Shown here: positions 9,201 to 18,211 of the stretch, in pieces
Numbering within the stretch: position 1 is the stretch's first letter
Layout: the number at the start of each line of letters is the position of its first letter
The notes under the pieces: generated by a model
What the model was told of the DNA's origin: nothing
Seen by the model: the letters and a program-made list of their open reading frames with translations, nothing else
Database searches by the model: none
NCBI GenBank assembly: GCA_048884965.1
Contig: JBHLQH010000001.1
Location: forward strand, 224,001 to 288,000
Source: Candidatus Thorarchaeota archaeon
GTDB lineage: Archaea > Asgardarchaeota > Thorarchaeia > Thorarchaeales > Thorarchaeaceae
Reading direction: 5' to 3'
Length of the DNA: 64,000 bases
Program-made: the position numbers and the translations under genes

Positions 9201-9579
9201 TATCCATATCAAAACCCAGACTATCGACAAGTGTTTGAAGCTCTGCAGCCTTTACCCTTTTGCCATCAACATACGCCCTTGGTATTCCGTCTCTGGTGAT
9301 CTTTCTAGTGAAGGTTCGAAACTGACCATTAACCCGTACCTTGACTTCGACCTCTGCTGAATTGGCACCATGGCGAATAAAATCACTCCATTTGGAGTAT
9401 CTATTCTCTCTCTGATTAGAGCCTAGAGCGAATTTGATTGCATGAAAGATGGATGTCTTTCCTGATCCATTTGGTCCGACGATCACAGTGAGACCTGAAT
9501 CAAACTGAACCAACCCCTCATAGAATGAGAGGAAATTCTTCAATTTGACCGATTCAATGTTTGCGTCGAACTTTCTCAA
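6208..9579 (-). CDS. smc: SMC-family ATPase, Smc5/6-like
   Basis: Walker A GPNGSGKTS, Q-loop FMPQE, long coiled coils with central hinge, signature SGGERS, Walker B MDEID, D-loop LD. Confidence 0.92.
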   Translation of the reverse strand: MRKFDANIESVKLKNFLSFYEGLVQFDSGLTVIVGPNGSGKTSIFHAIKFALGSNQRENRYSKWSDFIRHGANSAEVEVKVRVNGQFRTFTRKITRDGIPRAYVDGKRVKAAELQTLVDSLGFDMDNPLVFMPQERINALRDMDPIEVRKLVEEGTGLSVLRDRILMEEVKVQFSRERLEAATSEAKIVEREIELLQHDVDRLQRKRELLTQEKELDKEVKWATLDDLTKRIDDIKQEIEEKELGLGEILEETSKFEETITKEEQKATVIEKETSLLQREMGSITARIEEEERRLSKIESETKSTLDEIRELEKRITVDKRKMDKTKEDLRRVSSAKEHMLEDQKQTTLSLDEIEEERTRIENELAAFADWNTRRSDALGTFRALQVDLKGKDLLFRSLQEKLQVDEAELQAIENKWGHVWTVLEGTDEKELVKKKAQAERELSNLNESRFRFVSQVAQLQKEIDEIKVRLTESSKRIPDNVLKLKEAVHEHKLETVTGPIIEFLTGSDEYASALEAVIPSQMAFSFLVEDEAEYTLLTRLRNEIEASSPIILLRSSKSLAEKPELPKRKGVEGWLWELLKLDDESVVKLRQAFGDYVVVSKFQDSTRVSEKEGLLSVSLEGQRMEPSETRIVSYPRQEPTGVIATAPLQARLGDAETELKFAQNRVTEVMSGIEKVTQEREEIMDLISQITRWSGTWERRKKLRDMIPQQEERIVALDDDIKDLQSKIGEAERVLKKLDSTQPPERSRLVGEQSAIRMRYRKLRSQLSEIEGKLQVTERDEATKRQELRGLEESTRMLSERADELREEISSTKSEGSVIVESIENLRESLDQTSVKYNDLIAQQTEIRGNIREISGRILELNLQVKNSRYQVLQSKRQHDTYQHQKTNIEEDLKGSKRPKNVREIDTVRDELLRVRHQLDEYRDISETIAHTENQLKDRLLELKTKVGDIQEELKEAEETVKDIKKQYHDGMNDVLNKVETEVNLILGTVRFAGEVKFQLSTSSQEYGVEFKTRIKGEEFGALSAGSGGERSLIAIGLILALQRSNPAPVYAMDEIDTFLDATNTEMVSRLLHDSSRRSQFILLTPAKSTHLMRHADKRIGVVSPGGTEPSVVIESPQFEEQ

Positions 9580-9583
9580 TGGT

Positions 9584-10654
9584 TTACCTTCCCATTATTC
9601 TGCTTAATCTATCACTGGTGCGCTTTGCTCGCATCAATCTGGTAAGTCTATCTTCTGCGTTCCCTGTTAGGAGGAATGGGTACCTGCTCAAGAACTCTGC
9701 ATCTGCTGGAGCTAATGGTAGGCTCGCATTCAAGGACTCGATGACACGTTGTGTTCCTTGGAAATCATCACCAACGGCCATTAGATACAGTTGGTCCAAG
9801 AAGTCATCAGGATAAGAGTGCTCGATTGACTCATAGGTAGGAACATGACTCCCCTGAGTTGTACGTGAAATTCTCTGACGTGTTTCACTTCGTGATATTC
9901 CAATTATTCCGCTCGAATCCAAAATCTGTTCGAGCTTGCCTCTGGGTATCGGGTTTGATTCCTCGGGCACATCTGTGTGAAGAGTTACTGAGAGATGCAC
10001 TAAATCAGAAAATCCCCAGCCTTCTGTGATTTCCGCCAGAGTTGTTGGATCCAAGTCTTTTCTTCCCTCTAAAAGCGATTCAAGCACTTTTACCCTCTCC
10101 TCCATTTGTATGGTTTCAAAGATAAAAACACGGTCAAAAGTCGTAAGTATCTCATCTTCTATCCGTTCGGGGAAGACAGTTGCCGCAACTACCGCGATCT
10201 CATGTTGATCCCATGTTGTTTCTCTAAGAGCACTAAGAAAGACAGAAGCATATTCCTTGCCTTTCTCTGCCAGGGCATCTAGCTTGTCGATATAGATGAC
10301 AGCTGGCGAATTTCGCTTGGCGAATTCAACTAATGTTCTTATGGCATCAGATACTTGGTGAGCTTCTCCGAATGCATGAGTCAGTCTTAAGCGAATGATC
10401 TTCAGTGGCGTTTCATATGCAATATGGTGAACAAAGGATTCAAAGTCGGTTCCTGCCGCTCCAAGGAGGAGTACTCTTCCACCAAAGATCAATCCCTTGC
10501 CATGCAGCTTCTCTCGGAAGCTACCATATTTGGCAAGCACACTCTGGAACTTCTTTGCCTTATCTAGAACCGAAGGCTGACTAAATCGGTCAGCGTCCAA
10601 ATCTTCTGGTTCTTCTAGGATTACAACCTCGGTAATGGCGTCTGGTCTACTCAC
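9584..10654 (-). CDS. Degenerate (pseudo) AAA+ ATPase of classical CDC48/FtsH-like type
   Basis: VLLLGAAGTDFES (Walker A lacks Lys), IYIDKLD (Walker B E>K), AAT..P..ID, FDR and TEGWGFSDL. Confidence 0.7.
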   Translation of the reverse strand: MSRPDAITEVVILEEPEDLDADRFSQPSVLDKAKKFQSVLAKYGSFREKLHGKGLIFGGRVLLLGAAGTDFESFVHHIAYETPLKIIRLRLTHAFGEAHQVSDAIRTLVEFAKRNSPAVIYIDKLDALAEKGKEYASVFLSALRETTWDQHEIAVVAATVFPERIEDEILTTFDRVFIFETIQMEERVKVLESLLEGRKDLDPTTLAEITEGWGFSDLVHLSVTLHTDVPEESNPIPRGKLEQILDSSGIIGISRSETRQRISRTTQGSHVPTYESIEHSYPDDFLDQLYLMAVGDDFQGTQRVIESLNASLPLAPADAEFLSRYPFLLTGNAEDRLTRLMRAKRTSDRLSRIMGR

Positions 10655-10812
10655 TGTGCACCCCTCGGCGTCATGCTAGTTTTGAAAATGAAGCCATATT
10701 ATCCCTTCGAAGCCTGCGTTTTTTTCGCGCCTTTCCATTTTTCGATTCGCGCCCTGACCGTATCAACCATAAGCCCTCAAGCTCCCGATATTTGTGCTCG
10801 AGATGAGGGAAA

Positions 10813-12528
10813 ATGACAAAGACAACTGAAAGCCTCAGGGAAAGCATATGGCAGGTGATCACTACAGTTGAGAGTAGAGGTCTCTTCGTCCACTCTGAGG
10901 AACTTCCCATCAAGTATAAGGCACAGGCGCGCTCAAGCTCCAAGATTAGCTCAGTACGACTACCACTTATTGCAGGAGCATGCGTTTTGAATTCACTGGT
11001 CCCTCGCTCAGCAATGCTCCTCGTAGGTGGACATGGCGGCGGAAAGACCACCCTTATCAAACTCTTGGGACGCATGTTAACTGGTAGGAGCCTCGATGAG
11101 ATTGATGAGGGTATGCTCAGAGGACATCCCCAGCTAACGGAGGAGAAGATGGTTGCAACTCTACGACCCGGTCCGCTCATGAAGGATGGAGTCGAAGTCG
11201 TTGTATGGCGTCAGTTCGTAACTAACTTCTGGAAGATTATCGATGAAGCCAATCGTTTGACACCACATGCTCAGAATATTCTTCTTTCCATGCTAGCTGA
11301 AGGTGAATTGAAGTATTACGATGAAGTCATGCACTGCGATGATTACTGTCTTTATGCAACGATGAATCCCACTGATAGTGGCACCTTTGACCTTGCACCG
11401 CCTTTCCTTGACCGTTTTGGTATGGCTGTCCCTATAACTATGCCAACCATCGATGATCTCGAACTCATACTTTCCTCGCGTGATGATCGCCTTTTTGGCT
11501 ATGATGAGATGTGGCAAGTACCGGCGATTACTACCGAGGAGGATTTGCTGACAATATGGAACCTTGCAGACAAGGTACCAGTATCACAGGAGGCATCAGA
11601 GTTCATGAGATCTCTTGTGCGTGAATTTGGGGCGTGTATCCGGGTTGATAAGAGTCAGACTCACTCCCTGACTGTTGAAACTGGTCTCTGCGATAGTTGT
11701 CACTATAACACAGCCAAGAGTGTGTGCAATAAGGTCATCATTCCTCTCAGCGTTCGCGCGGTCAAAGACCTCAATCGCTATAGTAAGGCTGCTGCATGGC
11801 TTATCGGAGCTCCTGAAGTAGGCATAGAACTAGTCAAATCCTTGGCACCACTAATATTCTGGCACCGTACTCGTTTTGTGACTGAAGGTATTGAGAAATC
11901 TCCCTTCTTTGGAAACTCCTTTGAATATACGAAGCATCTAGTAGAGCTTGCCTCTTCAAGATTCGCACAGCGCGAGCCTGCCATTCGACTAATGGACAAA
12001 CTGAAACAGGGTGAAGGTGATAAGACAATACTTGAGGAGCTATCAGAAATGGGCAAGAGCGACCTTCTTGTTCGACTCGATTATATCAAGTTCGCAAAGG
12101 AATTGCAGAAATCGACCTATGCGGCGATGGTGAAGAACATAGAGAAAGCAGTGAAGTCCTCAAGTGTGAAGGACCTAACAGAGCTACAGCAGCAGATATT
12201 GGAAACGACAGATTTTCCAAATCGTAGTATGCTCCTAAGCCGAATATCTGAAGCCCTACACAAGCTAACACTCTCCCAATTCTCACTCACGTTTGAGCAA
12301 TGGCAGGATCTCTGGACAACGATAAGCTTGAAGATTCCCAAGATGACAAGCATTCTCAAAGAGACCCTCAAGCCACCTAAGCGAAAGGTCGTTCGGACTG
12401 ATGGCGTTACGCTTGTTGTCTATGTAACCGGAAGTACGCCCGAATCACCTGTCTTCCTTGAAATCTCAGGCGGCACACAAGCATTGGATCTACGAAAGGA
12501 AATAGAGAAACACATTTCATCCGAGTGA
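10813..12528 (+). CDS. MoxR-like AAA+ ATPase
   Basis: GGHGGGKT, IIDEANRL.P..QN.LL, ATMNP, PFLDRF, SVRA. Confidence 0.85.
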   Translation: MTKTTESLRESIWQVITTVESRGLFVHSEELPIKYKAQARSSSKISSVRLPLIAGACVLNSLVPRSAMLLVGGHGGGKTTLIKLLGRMLTGRSLDEIDEGMLRGHPQLTEEKMVATLRPGPLMKDGVEVVVWRQFVTNFWKIIDEANRLTPHAQNILLSMLAEGELKYYDEVMHCDDYCLYATMNPTDSGTFDLAPPFLDRFGMAVPITMPTIDDLELILSSRDDRLFGYDEMWQVPAITTEEDLLTIWNLADKVPVSQEASEFMRSLVREFGACIRVDKSQTHSLTVETGLCDSCHYNTAKSVCNKVIIPLSVRAVKDLNRYSKAAAWLIGAPEVGIELVKSLAPLIFWHRTRFVTEGIEKSPFFGNSFEYTKHLVELASSRFAQREPAIRLMDKLKQGEGDKTILEELSEMGKSDLLVRLDYIKFAKELQKSTYAAMVKNIEKAVKSSSVKDLTELQQQILETTDFPNRSMLLSRISEALHKLTLSQFSLTFEQWQDLWTTISLKIPKMTSILKETLKPPKRKVVRTDGVTLVVYVTGSTPESPVFLEISGGTQALDLRKEIEKHISSE

Positions 12529-12538
12529 AGGTGGTCCT

Positions 12539-14230
12539 ATGGAACGAGCTGAAGGTCTTGAAACTGCCGCACTCAAAGCATGGTTCCAAGCGATCTCAGA
12601 TTTCTACAACCCTCCCTTGCCAGATCCCGTCATAGAACACGATGAGGACGCATCCTCATTCTTTTACATCGATTCTAAGAGTTGGACTGTTCATTTGAAC
12701 ACCGCTGGTGTTCCCTTGAATCTTTCAGTCAACGAATCGGAATCATACCTTCGATCTGTCTGCCACCATGAGATCCAGCATTATCTGCTATGCCCATACG
12801 ATGGCGTGACGAATGGCATGTTGTTCGCAGGTGCAAGAAAGCATCTCTCAGATAACCTTGCGATGTTCGTTTGCAATATATTTGCAGACCTTGTTGTAGA
12901 CTCCAATCTTCTCAAAAGATACCAGATAGTGACTCACTCAAGAATTACGACATCCATTCACGACTCCTCGCTAAGGACACGAGATCACAGCCCACTTTGG
13001 AAGCTAGTCATTGCGATCTATCGCTGGATGTGGGGTTTTCCTATCCCCACAGGTGTTGATATTGATCAAGCGACCATCCAAACGGCGAACCTAATCACAG
13101 AGACTGCCAAGGAGTATCTTGAGAACGAGTCTCGATGGCCAAAGGCTACTGAGATGATTGCGAAGATTGTGTCAGAATGGCTTCCAGAACAAGAAGAGGA
13201 ATTTGGTGGGACCGGATTGCAAGAGGGACCTGAAGATGGGTCGATTCTGGTTCCTGCTGACCTTGATGGAGTAATGGGTAGTCCGACTGAGGATCGGAAT
13301 GGGGATCGCGCCAGAAAATGCATTTCACCTGAAGAAGTTTCAAATATCGATGAAGAGATGGAGCGATTAGCAGTTGAAGTGGAAGAGCGTGGGGGTAGCC
13401 TGAAAGACCTTGAAGCTGTCTATATCATAGCTGGTGCTGGCACGGGCAATAAGGATTGGATTCGTTTCTGGTACCGAGCGAAAGTTAGAGGGGTGCTCAG
13501 ATTTCAGGTTCGTCAAATGAGACCTCAAGGGGCAGTCCCTCTCAACCCGAGTCCTTGGCGACTTGGTGACCCTATTGAAGAATTGGATGTTGTGCAATCT
13601 CTACAGACATTTCCTGTATTGGTACCAAACATGTCGACACGCAGGTGGCTCAGAACGGTTTACTATGGTGAGGACCCTCGGAGCGAATTACCCGATCTTC
13701 TTGTGGTACTCGATTCCAGTGGCTCAATGACCTGGTCAATGGGCAAGAGTGACCTTAGGGGTGCCTATCATGTCGCATTGGTTTCTGCTTTAGCTGCAGT
13801 TGATACGGCACTTCGAAAGGGCAGTAGTATTTCTGCGATTAACTTCTCAGGAAATATCCTGAAGTGTGGGTGGACTCGTGACCGTTCCGAAATCGAACGG
13901 ACACTGCTCGCATATCAAGGTGGTGGAACCGTTATGCCAATCAATACCATCCAGGAGCTGTGTGATGAGTCCCTCTCTTCGGTGATGAGCGTCATTATCA
14001 CAGACGTAGGAATATCTAATTGGGGTCCATTTGTAAAAACAATTGAGAAACTCTCGAAGCAAGGACATAAGATGTTCATCTTCCATATCGGTGGTAAGAA
14101 AGAGAAGGTCTCGAAATCTGTCAATCAACTCATGCAGGCAGGAGCTTTTGTTATACCCGTTTCGAGTGTAAGAGACTTACCTGGACTCGTTGTGTCGGAA
14201 GTTCATCGAACATACATGCCCAGTACCTAA
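12539..14230 (+). CDS. vWA-domain protein with N-terminal HExxH metallopeptidase-like domain
   Basis: HHEIQH with downstream NIFAD; MIDAS LDSSGSM, GGGT, IITD. Confidence 0.85.
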   Translation: MERAEGLETAALKAWFQAISDFYNPPLPDPVIEHDEDASSFFYIDSKSWTVHLNTAGVPLNLSVNESESYLRSVCHHEIQHYLLCPYDGVTNGMLFAGARKHLSDNLAMFVCNIFADLVVDSNLLKRYQIVTHSRITTSIHDSSLRTRDHSPLWKLVIAIYRWMWGFPIPTGVDIDQATIQTANLITETAKEYLENESRWPKATEMIAKIVSEWLPEQEEEFGGTGLQEGPEDGSILVPADLDGVMGSPTEDRNGDRARKCISPEEVSNIDEEMERLAVEVEERGGSLKDLEAVYIIAGAGTGNKDWIRFWYRAKVRGVLRFQVRQMRPQGAVPLNPSPWRLGDPIEELDVVQSLQTFPVLVPNMSTRRWLRTVYYGEDPRSELPDLLVVLDSSGSMTWSMGKSDLRGAYHVALVSALAAVDTALRKGSSISAINFSGNILKCGWTRDRSEIERTLLAYQGGGTVMPINTIQELCDESLSSVMSVIITDVGISNWGPFVKTIEKLSKQGHKMFIFHIGGKKEKVSKSVNQLMQAGAFVIPVSSVRDLPGLVVSEVHRTYMPST

Positions 14231-14311
14231 ACCTTTATCAAAGCCCTCGCTGCGCGTCCGCGCGTGTCTCATATCCCACTAGTGGGCACCTCCGACACGA
14301 GGCAATGAAAA

Positions 14312-15172
14312 ATGTACGAAATCATGGTCAAGAAAGTATTGGCCGATGTCGCTGGGACTCGTACAACTATGATGGTTGTCAAGGCTCCAGATGTGGCACG
14401 TGTTTGCCAACCCGGTCAGTTTGTTATCATTCGTGTCAATGAAACAGGTGAACGTATTCCTCTCACTGTAGCTGATTTCAATCGTGAAAAGGGCGAAGTC
14501 ACAATTGTCTTTCAAGAAGTTGGCAAGAGCACGAAGTTGCTTGGAACACTTGACAAAGGTGAGTTCATAGAGGACTTTGTTGGACCTCTTGGAAAGGCGA
14601 CACCTACTGACAAGAACTATGGAACCGTGGTTGCTATTGGTGGAGGTTGTGGAAGCGCAATCGCATACCCTGTAGCCAGAGCTTTCAAAGAAGCAGGCAA
14701 CTACTTGATTACAATTAATGGGGCTCGAAGCATGGACCTTCTCATCTATAGAAATGAGATGGCTACAATAAGCGATGAGTCATACGAAACAACCGATGAT
14801 GGATCATGCGGAGTACATGGATTCGTCACAAATGTACTGGGCGACCTCATTGAAAAAGGACGAAAGATTGACCTTGTATTTGCTGTTGGTCCTGTCCCAA
14901 TGATGAAGTTCGTAGCAAAGACCACTGAAGCAAAAGGTATCCATACGATTGTGAGTCTGAACAGCATAATGGTCGATGGGACAGGGATGTGTGGAGCATG
15001 CAGAGTATCTGTTGGCGGCCAGATGAAATTCTCGTGTGTGGATGGACCTGAGTTTGATGGACACCAAGTGGACTTCAATGAACTCATGGGACGTTTGGAT
15101 GCCTATAAAGAAAAGGAACAGGTCTCCTTGAAGGAATGGGAGACAACAACAGGAGGGCGCCTAAATGTCTGA
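14312..15172 (+). CDS. nfnA: NfnA/SudB: FAD/NAD-binding [2Fe-2S] subunit
   Basis: PGQFVII, GERIPLT, GPLG, MVDGTGMCGACR, CVDGPEFD. Confidence 0.9.
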   Translation: MYEIMVKKVLADVAGTRTTMMVVKAPDVARVCQPGQFVIIRVNETGERIPLTVADFNREKGEVTIVFQEVGKSTKLLGTLDKGEFIEDFVGPLGKATPTDKNYGTVVAIGGGCGSAIAYPVARAFKEAGNYLITINGARSMDLLIYRNEMATISDESYETTDDGSCGVHGFVTNVLGDLIEKGRKIDLVFAVGPVPMMKFVAKTTEAKGIHTIVSLNSIMVDGTGMCGACRVSVGGQMKFSCVDGPEFDGHQVDFNELMGRLDAYKEKEQVSLKEWETTTGGRLNV

Positions 15173-16583
15173 TTCAGAACCAAAGAAGGAGAGAAAGCCT
15201 CCGACAAAGAAGCTACCAATGCCTGAACAGGATCCCAATGTGAGGCGAAAGAACTTCAATGAAGTAGCATTAGGTTATTCTGCGGAACAGGCTGTAGAGG
15301 AAGCGAAGAAATGCATGCAGTGCAGAAATCCCAAATGTATCAGTGGGTGTCCTGTCGAGGTACCAATCAAGGAATTTGTAGCTCTTCTACAAGAAGGCAA
15401 ATTCATGGATGCGGCAATGAAGATCAAGGAAACGAATAGCTTACCTGCAGTATGCGGCCGTGTTTGTCCTCAAGAAACTCAATGTGAAGCTTCATGCATT
15501 TATGGCATACGAAATGAACCAATCGCCATAGGCCGGTTGGAGCGTTTTGTTGCAGATTATGCTCGAGAACATGGTGAATCCCTGCCTGATCTACCTCCGA
15601 AAATTGGCAAGAAAGTCGCAGTGATTGGCTGTGGACCTGCTGGCCTTACCTGTGCAGGGGACCTTATCCTATTGGGTTATGATGTAACAATCTTTGAGGC
15701 ATTTCACAAAGGTGGTGGAGTTCTACAATATGGAATTCCAGAATTCAGATTGCCAAAAGAAATCGTTGATGCTGAAATTGATTATCTCGAGAGACTGGGT
15801 GTTGAAGTCAAGTACAACTTCGTCGTTGGAAAAACCAGAACAATTCAGGAGCTAATGGAACTCGATGGTTATGAAGCCGCTTTCATTGGATCTGGTGCTG
15901 GTGCTCCGAATTTCATGAACATCGGTGGAATGAACCTAGTAGATGTATTCTCTGCAAATGAATTCCTGACTCGTGTAAATCTCATGAAAGGATATCTATT
16001 TCCAAAGTATGATACTCCAGTAAAGATTGGACGGCGTGTAGCGGTCATCGGAGGCGGCAACGTGGCGATGGATGCAGCTCGCACATCACTGCGACTGGGA
16101 GCAAAGGAAGTATACATTGTCTATCGTCGCTCTCGAGAAGAGATGCCTGCGAGAGCAGAGGAAGTTCACCATGCAGAGGAGGAAGGAGTACAGTTCAAGC
16201 TTCTCATCAATCCCACTGAAGTCCTCGGTGATGACAAGAATCGTGTGATAGGGATGCAATGTGTGAGAATGGAACTCGGAGAACCTGATGCTTCAGGTCG
16301 ACGAAGACCTGTCACTGTTCCGAACTCTGAGTTCGTTCTTGATGTTGACATGGTGATAGTCGCAATTGGGAACTCTCCAAATCCCATTATCCCTTCAACC
16401 ACTCCCGGTCTATCGGTTTCCAAATGGGGAACTATCGAGATAGATGAGGAATCTGGAATGACCACTGTACATGGTGTATTTGCTGGAGGCGATATTGTCA
16501 CTGGCGCTGCAACAGTCATCAGTGCAATGGGTGCTGGTAAGAGAGCCGCTCGAGGTATCCATCAGTATCTGTCTACTAAATAG
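15165..16583 (+). CDS. nfnB: NfnB/SudA (GltD-like) NADPH-binding Fe-S flavoprotein
   Basis: CMQC..P.C..GCP, CGRVCPQETQCE, GxGPAG, GGGNVAMD; overlaps nfnA. Confidence 0.9.
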   Translation: MSDSEPKKERKPPTKKLPMPEQDPNVRRKNFNEVALGYSAEQAVEEAKKCMQCRNPKCISGCPVEVPIKEFVALLQEGKFMDAAMKIKETNSLPAVCGRVCPQETQCEASCIYGIRNEPIAIGRLERFVADYAREHGESLPDLPPKIGKKVAVIGCGPAGLTCAGDLILLGYDVTIFEAFHKGGGVLQYGIPEFRLPKEIVDAEIDYLERLGVEVKYNFVVGKTRTIQELMELDGYEAAFIGSGAGAPNFMNIGGMNLVDVFSANEFLTRVNLMKGYLFPKYDTPVKIGRRVAVIGGGNVAMDAARTSLRLGAKEVYIVYRRSREEMPARAEEVHHAEEEGVQFKLLINPTEVLGDDKNRVIGMQCVRMELGEPDASGRRRPVTVPNSEFVLDVDMVIVAIGNSPNPIIPSTTPGLSVSKWGTIEIDEESGMTTVHGVFAGGDIVTGAATVISAMGAGKRAARGIHQYLSTK

Positions 16584-16593
16584 AAAATGCTTT

Positions 16594-16652
16594 AGCTAGT
16601 AGGTGCAGAACATCCTACTAGCTTGCTCTCTTCTTTTTCATCATTTCTTTTT
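16594..16652 (+). terminator. Stem-loop plus pyrimidine tract after nfnB
   Basis: Perfect 10-bp stem AGCTAGTAGG/CCTACTAGCT followed by T-rich runs. Confidence 0.65.
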
Positions 16653-16698
16653 GAAAGGTTCATTAGTCACGTATGTCTTTACAGGACTCGGTGATTCC

Positions 16699-18207
16699 GT
16701 GCAAGAAGCTCCACTATCAACTCAAGATATGCGTGTCTTAGAATTGAACGCAGAATATCTGGGAGTAAGTTTGGGTACCTTGATGGAGAACGCGGGTAGA
16801 GAGGTTTCAAGAACCATCATATCTCATCATGACATTCACAATAAGCGAATCGGGATAGTATGCGGTACCGGAGGTAATGGAGGAGATGGCTTTGTTGCAG
16901 CCCGACACCTACAGGAAGCTGGAGGGAGAATAGAGGTCTTTCTTGTTGGAGACGCTGAAAGGATATCCACCCCCCACACATTGAAGAATTGGACAATCTT
17001 GAATGATCTTCAAACCATACCTGTAACGATAATTGGAACTGAATCAGATGTGAAGAATGCAGGATTTACTTCATTTGACATCTTGATTGATGCTTTACTT
17101 GGATTCGGTCTGACATCCAATGTGCGTGAACCCATCGCGTCTGCAATAAAGGCTATCAACAAGGCAGGTGCACTCAAGTACTCCATTGATATTCCTAGTG
17201 GAATGGACAGTGACACGGGCAAGGTGCTAGGTACAGCTGTGAAAGCGGATCATACAATCACCATGCATGCCCCTAAACCTGGCCTTCTCCTCAATACTGA
17301 GTGTGTAGGCGCACTTCATGTTGTTGCTATCGGAATCCCAGATGAGGCCTATCACGTATGTGGCCAGGGCGACCTTTGGCTATTCAATAGACCTCGAAAA
17401 GTGGATTCACATAAGGGTGACTTTGGGAGAGTTCTAGTAATTGGTGGGAGCGATATTTATTCCGGTGCGCCTGCGCTTGCAGGTATGGCTGCTCTGAGGA
17501 CTGGGGCAGATCTTGTTTCTATCATCGCACCTGAATCTGTGGCACCAGCTATCCGTTGCTATAGTCCAAATCTAATGGTTCGTTCAACAGGGACAAAAGT
17601 ATTCGATGATAGTTGCATCGCCAGTGTCCTACAGGCAGCTGCTTTGAATGACGTGATTGCTATTGGTCCTGGTTTGGGCACCTCGGAGGATTCCAGAGTA
17701 TTCTTCAGAGAGGTCATTGAGCGCCTTGTTACCCTGAAAAAGCTCTTAGTAATTGATGCAGATGGACTGAGGGCTTTGTCTGAAACCGAACAAGTGTTTG
17801 ATCATGAACGGACGATACTAACACCTCATTGGGGTGAGATGCAAGTCCTCATCGGTAGGAAGCAAAGCAACACCATGGACCTTGATCACCGGCTTGCCGT
17901 TGCACGAGAAACTGCTAGTCGCTATGGTGCTACTATTCTGCTAAAAGGTCCCATTGATGTCATTACATCACCAGATGGAAGGCACAAATTCAATAGGACT
18001 GGCCATCCTGCAATGACTGTTGGCGGAACCGGAGATGTACTTACAGGGATCTCAGCTGCGTTATTAGCGAGGAATTTTGGAGCCTACTATGCAGCTTCTG
18101 CAGGTGCTTTTGTCTCAGGCATTGCTGGAGAACTTGCCGCAAAGGAACTGGGTGGACGTATTTTGGCCACTGACTGTATAAGTCAGATTCCCTATGCGAT
18201 GATGTAG
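16699..18207 (+). CDS. nnr: Bifunctional NAD(P)HX epimerase/dehydratase
   Basis: LMENAG, GGNGGDG, DIPSG, HKGDFG, GPGLG, DADG, TPH, GGTGDVL. GTG start after GGTGAT. Confidence 0.92.
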   Translation: MQEAPLSTQDMRVLELNAEYLGVSLGTLMENAGREVSRTIISHHDIHNKRIGIVCGTGGNGGDGFVAARHLQEAGGRIEVFLVGDAERISTPHTLKNWTILNDLQTIPVTIIGTESDVKNAGFTSFDILIDALLGFGLTSNVREPIASAIKAINKAGALKYSIDIPSGMDSDTGKVLGTAVKADHTITMHAPKPGLLLNTECVGALHVVAIGIPDEAYHVCGQGDLWLFNRPRKVDSHKGDFGRVLVIGGSDIYSGAPALAGMAALRTGADLVSIIAPESVAPAIRCYSPNLMVRSTGTKVFDDSCIASVLQAAALNDVIAIGPGLGTSEDSRVFFREVIERLVTLKKLLVIDADGLRALSETEQVFDHERTILTPHWGEMQVLIGRKQSNTMDLDHRLAVARETASRYGATILLKGPIDVITSPDGRHKFNRTGHPAMTVGGTGDVLTGISAALLARNFGAYYAASAGAFVSGIAGELAAKELGGRILATDCISQIPYAMM

Positions 18208-18211
18208 AAAC

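Noticed and set aside
5562-10654. Wadjet (JetABCD) or SbcCD/Rad50-Mre11 assignment
   Set aside because: No JetD/Toprim nuclease, kite or adjacent Mre11 gene. The SMC has a globular hinge and no CxxC zinc hook.
15165-16583. Glutamate synthase small subunit
   Set aside because: It is paired with an NfnA/SudB gene and no GltB is present, so NfnAB is the better call.
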